A stretch of 64,000 nt of DNA from Heteronotia binoei. Lineage: Eukaryota. The notes under the pieces were generated by a model. That model saw only the letters and a program-made list of their open reading frames with translations. It ran no database searches and had not been told where the DNA came from. Positions 1-11,375 of this stretch are shown piece after piece. The stretch spans positions 51,274,001-51,338,000 of the forward strand of contig NC_083234.1 of assembly GCF_032191835.1 (NCBI RefSeq), read 5' to 3'. Each line of letters starts with the position of its first letter. The first letter of the stretch is position 1. Position numbers and translations under genes: made by a program.

Positions 1-1190
1 TTAATTCTGTGTTGAGACTTCTCTGACTTTTTTATACTTATATGTGCTGAAGAAGAATAGTTTAGACTTGTATTTTAAGAAACAGTTTAGTAAAAAGTGT
101 ATAATGAAAGATAAAGATAGTAAAATATAAGGGGAAAATTTAATACTTGCAGAAAGAATTGGGTATTTCATTTGGAGGTAGAAATGTAACTGATATATTT
201 GCATTTTTCTTTGTTTCTGGTCTGCCACTCTGTATCCACCCCTCCCCCTCTTTAATGCTTCTGTATCTATGCTTATGCCTTTTCTTTTTATAGTTAGCAT
301 CAATAAAAATTATAAAAACAGGATGGCCCCAGAGCAAACTAATTTATGCACTAGCTCACAAGTTTAATGCCAGTAGCTCACAAAGTAGAATTTTTGCTCA
401 CTAGACTCCACAGCTTAGAGAGAGCATCCTGATGGCACTTTGGGGAAGCTGGGGAAGGAAAGGAAGAGCTATTTATTTAGGCTTCTTTCAGAGGTCTTAG
501 CAGCAGGGAGTGAAAGAAACCATCTTTAGCAAAGTCACTGGCAGTTACAGACTTTGATTTGGCTAGTAATCAAATCACTTCAGTGGACTGACTCACTCTT
601 ACCAAGATCCTTTGGCAGAGCTCTCCTTTCTAACTACAGATACTCAAAAGAGAACACCACACCCAGAAGTCAAGACTGCTGGCAACTACAGACACCAGCA
701 AAGCCTTGACCAACCATCTGGAGGGGATGGAGGGAACAGGACCAGTCAACCCCAGCTACTAATCTACTGCCACGACCATTTGCCATCATCATGTGAGGAT
801 CTCTATACCACTGTCAGAAATCCTCAAAAGGTGGGATAGACACCGTGTATTTCTAGGGACAAGCCACAGAGCAGCCTCAATTTATAACCCAGGGGATTTC
901 TGAAGGCTGCTAAGAGTTCAGTCTTAAGATCCATGTCAATGTAACCTTTGACTAGCTAGATTTTATTTTCACATTTCTTACTTGAACTCTTGACATTACA
1001 TTAACTAGAAGCCGATCGGCAAATGCCTTCAGAGGTGACAGTAACACAAAGCTTCCACCCATCTAAGTCACCCAAAAAGCAATTTCAAAAGGATCACCAG
1101 TCTCAAGATTCATGACTCAGACTCAACTCCAAGGCCAGGAAAAGTCCACTCCAACAAAGCGATATCACATGGCAACATGATGCTACCTAC

Positions 1191-1333
1191 GTGATAGGGA
1201 AATTGACAATAGTTGGGTTCTTCTCCACAAAAAAATTATTCTTGGTGAATCTTTTGATGCAAAAGATGAGGTAAGGAGGCAGTTTGGTGAGCTGGAAACG
1301 CTTCAGGAAATTCTCCTTGTAGGTTTTATATTC
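1191..1333 (-). CDS. USP39: USP39 coding exon 10 (last one in window; exons 11+ lie left of position 1)
   Basis: AG/GT-bounded 143-nt exon encoding EYKTYKENFLKRFQLTKLPPYLIFCIKRFTKNNFFVEKNPTIVNFPIT, matching vertebrate USP39. Confidence 0.95.
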
Positions 1334-1742
1334 CTGAAGAAAGCAATTTATGCAGATATGCTGTCACACAGAACCTGAGCTACATCATCACACAAACTCA
1401 CACAACTGACCTAGCCCCTCTCCCAATCCCTTTTTTGTCAAGGAACCAAGCTTAGGAAAAGAACTAACAGTGCAATCCTAAGGGGGGGGAGCTGAAAGTG
1501 CTTTGGGAGCCAACTAGCTGCTACACCGGCAGAAATGGGAGTTCCACCGCTCTAACTCCCTCCCCGCCAGCGCAAACGGGACTTGCGCCACTCTACACCC
1601 GCCTCAGAGTACGCCTGCCCACGGTGGGACCTCCCACTGGTGAGAGGGTGTGATGTTTGGGGTCACTGCATTACCTTTTTCACCCTCTACAAACCATCTT
1701 GGAAAAGATTTAGAAAAGCAGAGGGGACCAAAAAAGACTTAC

Positions 1743-1931
1743 CTTCTCTGTAATTCCATTGAACTTGGCCAGGATGTTGAAAAGTGGCACCTGGGGAATA
1801 ATAAGCTGCTCCTTCTCATCCTTGTAAAGGGGGGCTGTGGGGAGGTCCAGGGTCAGGTACATGAAGGTGGATTCCACCATTTTTTCCTGGTACTCATCAT
1901 TCTGGAGCAGCTGCTCCTTCTCCTCTGCTGG
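1743..1931 (-). CDS. USP39: USP39 coding exon 9
   Basis: 189 nt, PAEEKEQLLQNDEYQEKMVESTFMYLTLDLPTAPLYKDEKEQLIIPQVPLFNILAKFNGITEK; cag/gtaagt boundaries. Confidence 0.96.
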
Positions 1932-3211
1932 CTGAGAGGGGGAGACAAAGTGATCACAATTAGCAGAGATGGCCGATGCAGAAGGACAAGCTTGGGGGCA
2001 GACATATGATGGATGCCATGACAAAGGGAAAGAGGAAGGGCTGAGAGCACCCCCCCCCCCCCAAAATCAGCAGTGATTCTGGTCTGCCCCCTACAGAATG
2101 GAGTCAAGCATAAAAAAAGAATGTGGCTTCCTAAGTACACTGTGTGTTCTGCTTGTAGTTCTTTCTTTTTAATGTTCTTTTTCTTCCCCAAGCCAAGATA
2201 GTTACAAAGAAAAGTATAAAAATATTGAGTATGGAAAAATAAAAGACCTTACTGGGGCTTCTAATGAACAGACACAGCTCATAACCCTCCTTTCTTCATA
2301 GACTACTAATTTCCAAACAACCACTTATTCTACCTCACCTGCAAAGACATGGCTCAGCCAGTCAACTGATCATTCACACAATCAGTGGACCAAATTCTTA
2401 AGTATGTGGCAGCCTATGTTATCAGTCTATCATTCCAGGAGTTAGGCGTGAGGAGAAGACACACTCACATATCCTTCATCTAGGAGCAGTCTTGTGCATA
2501 TATATACACCCCTAGCAATAAAATCCCTTCAAGCTACATGAGCTACTTTGTGCTGGGCTGTCCTTGGGAAATCTGCAGGGAACTTTTCAGTCCCTTCAGT
2601 GTAGTTCGTGTGTTGTTTGTTATGAATCACTGCCAATGTAACACTACATATTAAAGTTAGAGAAAGAATTCCTATGCTTTGTGCATGGCTAACACTAATT
2701 AAACTTTACACTATGGCTAGAGTCGGCACGTGGGAGTAGGCTGGGCAGGCGGCCACTTAGGGTGCCCCCCCATGAGCTGGGCCACAGCTTGCGTCCCGCA
2801 CGCCCTGAAAGGCGCACAGGAGGCAACGGTCAGCTCCTCCGCCCCCCCATTAGCCTTCCTGCAGCACAGGAAGGGGCTTGCGTCCCACTTGCCTTGCAAG
2901 ATGCACAGGACACAACTGTCAGCTCTCCCCACCTCCCACCCCGATGTGGAAGCCTGAGGGAGATTGGGGGCTGCCTGATATCATTTTTTATGATGTCACT
3001 CTGCCATGCGCACACGTTTTTTTCTAAAATATTGCCGGGGTGGGGGGGAGCTGAGCTGGGGTCTGCCTCCAGTGGCAGAAAACCTGACTACAGCACACCT
3101 GACTATGGCACAGAGATTATAAACTCCATTTTACCTCAAAGACTCCTCCCACGTACTCCCCCCCACACACATTTTTGTGAGCAAGAACAAGCCCATTTGC
3201 AGAAAACTTGC

Positions 3212-3279
3212 CAGATCTGGGTGTGGCAATTTCTTGGTGAATATCCGCATGGAGCCCTGGAACACATCAGTCACGATGG
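3212..3279 (-). CDS. USP39: USP39 coding exon 8 (followed by GC donor)
   Basis: 68 nt, (T)IVTDVFQGSMRIFTKKLPHPDL; acceptor ttgcag, donor gcaagt; phase fits exons 7 and 9. Confidence 0.93.
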
Positions 3280-3404
3280 CTGCAAATAGAGGCAGTGGAG
3301 GGGAGAAAGATACTGTTCATTCATTGCAACATATCTCTCCCTGCCCTTTGCCTAGCTTGAGTAGTAGATTTCCTGCACAACACTACAGGAATTGACTAGG
3401 ATTG

Positions 3405-6265
3405 ATTTATTTATTTATTTATTTATGATTTATATCCCGCCCTTCCCACAAAAGTGGCTCAGGGCGGCTCAGATAGTTTGACAACAGATAGTCAAAACAA
3501 AATTAAACAAGTATTTAAATATATAAGCATTTAAAACATTTAAAACCTTAAAAACATTAAACATTACAACAGTATGTATAACAGGAGTCAGGCAAAGCTA
3601 CATTTAGTTTCTCATATCAGTTAAGTGTAGGCTAGCCGGAAGAGGGTTGTCTTACAGGCCCTGCGGAACTGAACAAGGTCCCACAGGGCCCTCACCTCCT
3701 CCGGCAGCTGATTCCACCATGTAGGGGCCATAACAGAGAAGGCCCTGTCCCTAGTAGATTTTAGGCGGGCTTCTTTTGGCCCAGGGATAGCGAGAAGATT
3801 TTGGGTTCCCGATCTCAGTACTCTCTGGGGAACATGTGGGGAGAGACGGTCCTTCAGGTAGGCAGGTCCCAGGCCATATAGGGCTTTAAAGGTAATGACC
3901 AGCACCTTGTACCGAACTCGGTACATTACTGGAAGTCAGTGCAGAGTCCGAAGACCTGGCCAAATGTGTCCCCATCTTGGGAGGCCCAATAGCAGCCGGG
4001 CCGCGGCATTCTGCACCAGCTGCAATTTCCGAGTTCGGCACAGGGGCAGCCCCATGTAGAGGGCATTGCAGTAGTCCAACCTCGAGGTGACCGTAGCATG
4101 GATCACTGTTGCTAGGCTGTCGCGATCCAGGAAGGGAGCCAACTGCCTTGCCCGCCTAAGATGAAAAAACGCGGACTTGGCAGTGGCTGCTATCTGAGCC
4201 TCCATCTTTAAGGCAGGCTCCAATAGTACCACCAGGCTCTTGACCATGTCCACCGCCATCAGCGGCGCACTGTCAAAAACTGGCAGGGGGATTCCCCCCC
4301 CCCCCAGTCCCCGATGATCCAAGCAAAGTACCTCTGTCTTCGCAGGATTTAGCCTCACTCCACTCAGTCTAAGCCACTCAGCCATGGCCTGTAATGCCCG
4401 ATCCAGATTTTCCGGGGCGCAGACCGGTCAGTCGTCCATAAACAGATAGAGCTGGGTGTCATCAGCGTACTGGTGACATCCCAGCCCATACCTTCAGGCA
4501 ATCTGGGCAAGGGGTCGCATATAGATGTTGAATAACATCGGGGAGAGAACCGCCCCTTGGGGCACACCACAGTTGAGTGTGCGCTCCCAATCGCAACCCT
4601 TTGTCCCCGACCTTCAAGGAAAGAGGAAAGCCACTGTAAGGCCAACCCGAATCCCCGCGTCGGCAAGGCGGCACATCAGTAACCGATGGTCGACCGTATC
4701 GAACGCAGCCGATAGGTCCAACAACATCAGCACTGCCGAGCCACCCCGATCCAGATGCCGTTGAAGATCATCTACCAGGGCAACCAACACCGTCTCCGTC
4801 CCATGACCCGGGCGAAAGCCAGACTGAAATGGGTCAAGGACGGAAGCATCCTCCAGGAAAGTCTGTAACTGCATCACCGCTGCCCTCTCAATAAGTTTGC
4901 CCAAAAAGGGCAAATTTGAAACCGGCCGGTAGTGTGCCAATTGGGCCGGGTCTAAAGATGTTTTTTTTAGGAGGGGATGGACCACTGCCTCTTTAAGCGG
5001 CGTTGGAAAGTGCCCTTCCATCAGGGATCTATTTATGATATCCCGTACAGGATATCTGAGATCCCTCTGGCAAGATTTAATAAGCCAGGAGGGGCATGGA
5101 TCCAATTTACAAGTTGTTGGGCAAGTAAATTAGAGAATCCTGTCAACTTCCTCCAGGCTGAGAGGGCTAAAACCATCCAGAGTATAATCCGAAGACAGGC
5201 TCGGGGCCTCTGTTTCGCTAACTGTCTCAAAACTGGCAGGGAGGTCGAGGCGGAGTGACGTGATTTTATCCGCAAAAAATTTCGCAAAAGCCTCACAGCC
5301 TATTTCCAATTCAACAGAATTTGGTCTGCCTCGCAGCAGCGTTGTAAGTCCTCGAATTATATCGAACAGTTGTGCCGGGCGCGAAGTTGCGGACGCAATC
5401 TTGGCCGCAAAGTATGCTTTCTTTGCGGATTTGATTGCCATCTCATAGGCCTTCAAACTCTCTCTATAAGACGTTCGGATCACTTCGTCTCGAGTACACC
5501 GCCATTGCCTCTCTAGTCGTCTGAGTCCCCGCTTTAATTGCTGCAGCTCCCAGTTAAACCAGGGCGACAGTTTCAGGCGGGGGCGCAGAGGGCGCCTAGG
5601 TGTGATCACCTTGATGGCTCTGGAGAGTCCATCGTTCCAGGACTCTACCAGGTCATCCAGGGAATCGCCAGTGGGCCAGGTATCCCGCAGGGCCGTTAGG
5701 AACCGTTCTGGGTCCATCAAGCTCCGCGGGCGAGATAAAATACGCTCTCCGCCTAAACAGGTTTGGGGTGACACATCCATATGAGCCTTGAGGGCAAAGT
5801 GATCCGACCATGGCACTGCTTTCCATTGCAATATCGTTCACTGATATTCCCACCGCGAAGACCAGGTCTAACATGTGTCCCGCCTGATGAGTGGGCGTTG
5901 GAACAACCTGGGAGAGTCCTAGTGTCGCCATGGATGACACTAGGTCCATCGCCTGGCTGGAGGCCGTGTCGTCGGCATGAACACTGAAGTCACCCAAGAC
6001 CAATAGCCTTGGGCACCCCAACGCCCAACCCGCCGCGGCCTCCACCAGGGATGGTAAGGCGCCGGCCGGTGCGTTAGGTGGTCGGTACACCAGCCAGATC
6101 ACCAACCCCTCCCCAACATCCCACATCAGGCCAGCACATTCAATGCCCGGAATCTCCGGGGCCAGAAGAGCCCTAAAGGAGTAAGCCTCTCATATGAGTA
6201 GTGCCACTCCTCCCCCCCGCCCGCTAGTCCGGGACTGGTGAAAGACCGAGTATCAACACAGCTGC
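3405..6265 (-). mobile_element. 5'-truncated L2-clade LINE (endonuclease + RT ORF2, frameshifted)
   Basis: ORF pieces with EN motifs (GRGGGVA, VYRPP, LGDF, PTHQAGHMLDLVF) and RT motifs (YRPVSNLPFLGK, FQSGFRPGHGTET, LDLSAAFDTVDH, YADDTQL); 3' (AAAT)n tail at 3405-3425. Confidence 0.92.
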
Positions 6266-7017
6266 TGAATAAAATGCTAAGATGGTATTCTGGGTGCAAT
6301 ATTCTGCCCAGGAATGCATGCCCATCACTCCTCACCTAGAAATCCAAGGCACAGGCCAAGATCTTTCCTGCTCTCAGAATGTAAATAATCCCGTCAAGAA
6401 CTTCCTGCTTTTACATGAGGAACGTCTTTCTTTGGGCAGGCATAATTTTTGCTGTCCCACAAGTCATTCAGTTTTGCCTTGCTCCTGTGTTCTCTCCATG
6501 TAGCAAGAGCAGGCTAAGAATCCTAACAGTGCCATCTCAAGCAGAGTCGTGCCCTTCTAAATCTACTGAAGCCAATGGCACTTAAAAGGATGCAATTCTG
6601 CTTAGGACAGCACAGTGAGTGACACTGGGAATAAGAAGCAAGAGAATAGGCCCCTTGATTGCCCCCCTGCAGCTAGGTGGACAACAATGGTGAGAGGGAG
6701 CAGGATGCATGTTCTCAATACACTCTTCCCAAAGGTAGCCATTGTTATATCCCGCTTATCTCATATTTCCTAGGAGAACCAGAACAAGTATATCTGCTGA
6801 TCTTCCCTCAGGTAAAGGAGAGAACTCAATGATTCTATGACCCTGGCCAGCATCACTGAAGAAACATACTTCAGAGAATGCTTAGTTTTATAACCCAAGT
6901 GCACAAACTAACATGACAGCAACTGCCATGCAAAGCCAACTCAAGAACACCCACAATCAGCACTACTAGCACCAAGAGCAGCAGTGCCACTTAATAAGAC
7001 AGCAATCTGAGACTTAC

Positions 7018-7095
7018 TTTTTTTCTTCTTCTTTGTCCCACCAAGTGCAGAGTGCAAGGCATTCAGGAACCAGGAAAGGAAGTCAACTCCATCAC
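7018..7095 (-). CDS. USP39: USP39 coding exon 7
   Basis: 78 nt, (G)DGVDFLSWFLNALHSALGGTKKKKK; ggcag/gtaagt. Confidence 0.95.
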
Positions 7096-7397
7096 CTGCC
7101 ACACAGGAAAAGGATGGAGAGCATGAAAAGTGGATGGCTGGGGGCTGTAGCCTGACACAGCGATGGCATTAGAGATCCAGCTCTGCAGTTGAAAATGAAA
7201 TCTCTTCATCAGACAGGTGCTCATTGGTTTAAGCCCTCACAAATGATGGGCGCAATGTACTCAGCACTACTGGTCTCCTTGGAAAGTAACTGGTCTGGTA
7301 ATTAACATGTAATCTGCACACACTTGAGCCCCCCCCCCCCCCAAAAAAACCCAGAAGTCCAGACTGCTGATTTGAGATAAGCTCTTCCCTGCCTCAC

Positions 7398-7623
7398 CTT
7401 GCTTGGTGATCTGGAAGTTTTTCTTGCTGCAGAGAACTACAGCCTGCAGCATTTCGTGGGGAGAAACATGAGCTTTGAAGTTCCGGGGATTCCACAGCTT
7501 CCGCATGAGCTCCCCAAACCTTTGGACCAGCAGAAACATGATGTCCCCAGGAGGGCGCTGGATGTTCTTATAGTTCTCCTCCTCCAGGAAATAATTCCGC
7601 AGGGGCGGGACATTAGATAGTGC
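7398..7623 (-). CDS. USP39: USP39 coding exon 6
   Basis: 226 nt, ALSNVPPLRNYFLEEENYKNIQRPPGDIMFLLVQRFGELMRKLWNPRNFKAHVSPHEMLQAVVLCSKKNFQITKQ; ctag/gtgagg. Confidence 0.96.
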
Positions 7624-7866
7624 CTAGAAATGTGTATTAGAAGTCAGTGGCAAATTACTCCCACTTCACTGTACCACCCACCTTCACCCTCAACTTGCTG
7701 GGTGGTATCAGAGTTAAAGTGAATACAGTATAATCAAGTAAATTAATTTTAAAAGAACATCAGCATTACTGACTCCTTCAACAATCTTTCTCTAGTTAAT
7801 TTTGTAGTCCAACAGCTACTAAGCAGTTTGGACAATGAAGTCCAACTTCCCAGGGGCCAACCCAAA

Positions 7867-8143
7867 AGAAGAAGAAGAATTGCAGATTTATACCCCGCCC
7901 TTCTCTCTGAATCAAAAAGTCAGAGCGGCTTACAATCTCCTATATCTTCTTCCCCCACAACAGACACCGTGTGAGGTGGGTGGGGCTGAGAGGGCTCTCA
8001 CAGCAGCTGCCCTTTCAAGGACAACTCCTGCCAGAGCTATGGCTGACCCAAGGCCATTCCAGCAGGTGCAAGTGGAGGAGTGGGGAAACAAACCCGGTTC
8101 TCCCAGATAAAAGTCCACATACTTAACCACTGCACCAAACTGG
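7867..8143 (-). mobile_element. tRNA-headed MIR/Squam3-like SINE with L2-type tail
   Basis: Near-identical to copies at 22737-23002 and 26415-26694; A/B-box head (tggtgcagtggtta ... ggtttgtttcccc), core, (TTC)n tail. Confidence 0.8.
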
Positions 8144-8445
8144 GTTACTCCTGTTGACACCAGCACCTGGCAGGCTTGAGGAAAGCTTTTACATACAAAA
8201 GCCTCTGCTTCTAACATGATGATAGTCTTTTCCACAACATTTTAATGTGTTATATCATTGTTTTATTTTGGATGCCATCTTGAGTAATTTCTCTGGAGAG
8301 GTAGCATTATTTTTCCAAATAATTAAATCAGTAATTACTGGAGCTTGTTGGGCTTCTCTCTCGTATGCTCTTCCTACAATCCAATTAGAACTTATTTAGT
8401 AGTAAATGTGAAGAGCAAAATTTGCCTGATTATTCTCACAATAAT

Positions 8446-8683
8446 GAAGAAGAGTCAGTTGTATACCCCACTCTTCACCAGGAATCTTGGAGCAGCTTAC
8501 AATCACCTTCATTTCTTCTCCCCACAGCAGTCACTTTGTGAGTAGGTGGGGCTGAGAGAATTCTGAGAGAAAGAACTGTGACTGGCCCAACGTCACCCAG
8601 CTGGCGTAATGTGGAGGATTGGGGAATCAAATCTAGTTCTCCAGATTATAGTCCACCGCTCTTAACCACCACACCATAGCTGA
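8446..8683 (-). mobile_element. MIR/Squam3-like SINE, divergent subfamily
   Basis: Same head-core-tail layout as 7867-8143; similar to 40207-40445. Confidence 0.7.
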
Positions 8684-9069
8684 CTCCCCAGCTGCAACCT
8701 AGTTCTACATTTAAGAGACTTTGCAGTCATGTCAAGATTTCTGAGGTGTTTTGAGGGAACAAAAACTGGCAGATGGAGGAAATGAAAAGGAAGAAATAAA
8801 ATGGGTTAGGAATGCAGTAACTTAGCAATGGATGGAGCTTCTGCTGAGTCCCTGGAGCAAAGCCAGCAGCTGACAAAGCTACAGAAGGAGAAATCTCACA
8901 ATGCCACTGAGAAATCTCACAATGGAGACACAGTTTCTGCACAGCCTGAGGCCACAGCAGTTGTCTGCAGACAACAAGAGGAAGACTCACAGGTTGTAAG
9001 CAGGCTTGCACTCTCAGTTATCCTCCAAGAATGCCTATTTTCAAGAGGGAAAGGAGTCCACCTGGCCTA

Positions 9070-9690
9070 GTGCCAAGGCTGGAACGCTCTCTCTCAGGAG
9101 CCAGTTCATTGGCAATCTACATTCAGGATGAGAGAGTCTCCTCATCACCTGGAGAGAGGCAGTGGGGAAACTTCCTGAAGTGTGTGTGTGTCAGAACTCC
9201 ACCTCTCAACTCAAAGAAAAGCTGAGAGGTGACATTCTGACCACTCCCCACAGGAAAGGAATCCTATGTTCCACAGAACAATCAGCACAGTCAACAACCA
9301 TCTTCCTTATCTTCACACCCCTTTCAACCCTCCCAGCAATTAACACAGAACAATGGTCACATTCAACAGCCAGTTTCCTCATCACTACGCTTCCAGGAAG
9401 CCCCACCAAACAATGGACACATCCACAAACCAATTGCCCTTTCACCACACCCCCTCCAGCCTAGAAATAGCAGCTCTCCAGCAGCCCTGGCCCCACTCAA
9501 TGCACAACAGCCAAGAAGGTCAGAGCGCCTGCTCCGGATGCAACGCCACTGAGGATGTTCTCCGCAGCTGAGAACGAAACGTCTGGAAGAAAAACTTTCT
9601 CCAGTAGAACACAGCACTTGAGCCCGAAAGATTCTACAAACCCTAATGATGTTACCAGCCATGAAAACCTGAAATCTTTGACTCCTATGA
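9070..9690 (+). mobile_element. Penelope-like element remnant (pseudo-LTR region)
   Basis: Contains a PLE-type hammerhead motif and short imperfect repeats upstream; boundaries approximate. Confidence 0.6.
9546..9586 (+). ncRNA. Minimal type I hammerhead ribozyme motif (PLE-type)
   Basis: CCA-CTGAGGA-T-GTTCTC-cgcagct-GAGAAC-GAA-ACGT-C-TGG: intact CUGANGA and GAAA boxes, 6-bp stem II, palindromic ACGU helix III, CCA/UGG stem I. Confidence 0.75.
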
Positions 9691-9936
9691 GGCTTGCTCT
9701 TTGCAGTCACAAGTGACAGTTTCTCCTTTCCCCAACTACAAGAGAGGGAGTACCACAGACCACACAACACAGCTTCCCACACCACTTGTGCACCCATGCT
9801 CTAACTACAAGCAGCCTCTGGATAGTAGAATACACTTGCAACAATGCTTGATGTGTGGCTGAGCCTACCATGAAAGCGACTGTACAGAAGTCACAACCTA
9901 TTGCCCATTTATTTCAATGCTTTCCAAACACATTAC

Positions 9937-10089
9937 CTGGAGTATCGCATTGGCATAGTCATTAGCTTTGATGTTGTTCAGTCCCACAATGCCAGGTAGG
10001 TATGTGGTGCCATCATAGGCCCGAGAAAGTTTGGCCTGCTTGTCCAGGTTGGCTATTTGCTGCTTGGTGAATGTGGGCTTCAAAACGTA
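9937..10089 (-). CDS. USP39: USP39 coding exon 5
   Basis: 153 nt, YVLKPTFTKQQIANLDKQAKLSRAYDGTTYLPGIVGLNNIKANDYANAILQ; ctgcag/gtaatg. Confidence 0.96.
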
Positions 10090-10253
10090 CTGCAGACAGG
10101 AAGGAGAGAGCTTATCAGTTTGAAGCCAAGCACTATGCTTCTGCTGAAGGGTCAGTCTAAACTGCCCTTAATTATAAGAGCCTTGGCTCAGGAACAAAGG
10201 GAGGGGGGAACTTTACCCAGCAATGTGCTGCTTTCTAAAGACAAGGACAGGTA

Positions 10254-10448
10254 AAGATGGGTAGCCATTTTAGTCTGTCGGTAGCAGAAGAAAAGAGCAG
10301 GAGTCCAGCAGCGCCTTAAAGACTAACAAAAATTGCGGTAGGGTATGAGCTTTCATGAAGTGAGCAGTGACTCATGAAAGCTTATAACTTGCCACAAATT
10401 TTGTTAGTCTTTAAGGTACTACTGGATTCTTGCTCTTTTCTGCAGCTA
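10254..10448. mobile_element. Penelope-derived inverted-repeat (hairpin) element with decayed hammerhead core
   Basis: ~70-bp inverted arms (gagtccagcagcgccttaaagactaac... / ...gttagtctttaaggtactactggattc) around tgaagtgagcagtgactcatgaaagc. Confidence 0.7.
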
Positions 10449-10763
10449 AAGATGAAGGCTTGTGTGTCTCCAAATTAAGATTTTCAAAGTGACAAAAATC
10501 AAACAGCCAGGAAGCATCTTCCCTAAATTATTGTTCTGAAGGTATATTAAAATACAAACCAAACTTGATCCAGCTATTAACAATTAGGGATTCTGCACTG
10601 GTTGAGGAATGCAGGAGGGAAAGTTTGAAATTTTAAGTTTTTAATTTTGTTTTTGGAGGGGAGGGGTTAGGAAAAAAGAATTAGATGTATACCATGACTT
10701 TACAACTTAGGACATGAAGCCTGCAAACACATTTACCTCTAACAATTCAGTCAGGAGATATGG

Positions 10764-10990
10764 CCCTGACTGGGATAGCCCAGGCAAGTCCAATCTCATC
10801 TGATCTCGGAAGCTAAGCAAAACTGACTCTGGTAGGCACTTGGATGGGAGACCTCCTGGGAATACCAGCAGTTGAGAGGCAGGAGCAGGCTTTATTCAGC
10901 CACCTCTCTGAATGTTCGCCATGCCCCCAGAAGGGGCCAGTCACCAGAGCTTGCCATGACTTCCAGGCTCACACATGCATGCACACACAA
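10764..10990 (+). mobile_element. 5S rRNA-headed SINE, tail type B
   Basis: 5S internal promoter-like gatctcggaagctaagc...cttggatgggagacc...gggaatacc followed by a non-5S tail shared with 33471-33674. Confidence 0.8.
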
Positions 10991-11238
10991 ATACCCCCCA
11001 ATTTTAAAAAAGAGAGATATGCATTGCCAAGAAAAAAGCAACCAGTTGTGACACAACAGAAACTGCTCCTGACATCCATAGGGATAGCAACAAAACAAGT
11101 TTTGAGATAGTCCAGGAAAGCTTGTGTTTCAATAAAGGAAAAGGTCAACAAGTATAGCAGGGTTCACAAGACCATTATCCTAGGCAGCATGCCTATGCTC
11201 ATGCACGTGCACATACACACTCCATCAAGATCACAAAC

Positions 11239-11375
11239 CGTGATATCTTCAAGGGAAGAGTCAATGATTTCATAGTTGTCTGGCAGGCAATAGAACTTCA
11301 AGGTATGAAGGTTGAGAAAGACGTGGTGGCTGAACTGTACACTGTGAATGTAAGCATGAGACTTCAAGCCTCGAC
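11239..11375 (-). CDS. USP39: USP39 coding exon 4
   Basis: 137 nt, (G)RGLKSHAYIHSVQFSHHVFLNLHTLKFYCLPDNYEIIDSSLEDIT (ZnF-UBP); tgcag/gtttgt. Confidence 0.96.

Noticed and set aside
1-1190. USP39 exons 11-13
   Set aside because: No NVDLREYL/YDLIANIVHDG-like coding found on the minus strand; they must lie left of the window
10764-10870. 5S rRNA gene (also 13560-13640, 33471-33570, 44400-44484, 57483-57580)
   Set aside because: 5' end replaced, many substitutions, no T-run terminator, and fused to SINE tails: these are SINE heads, not rRNA genes
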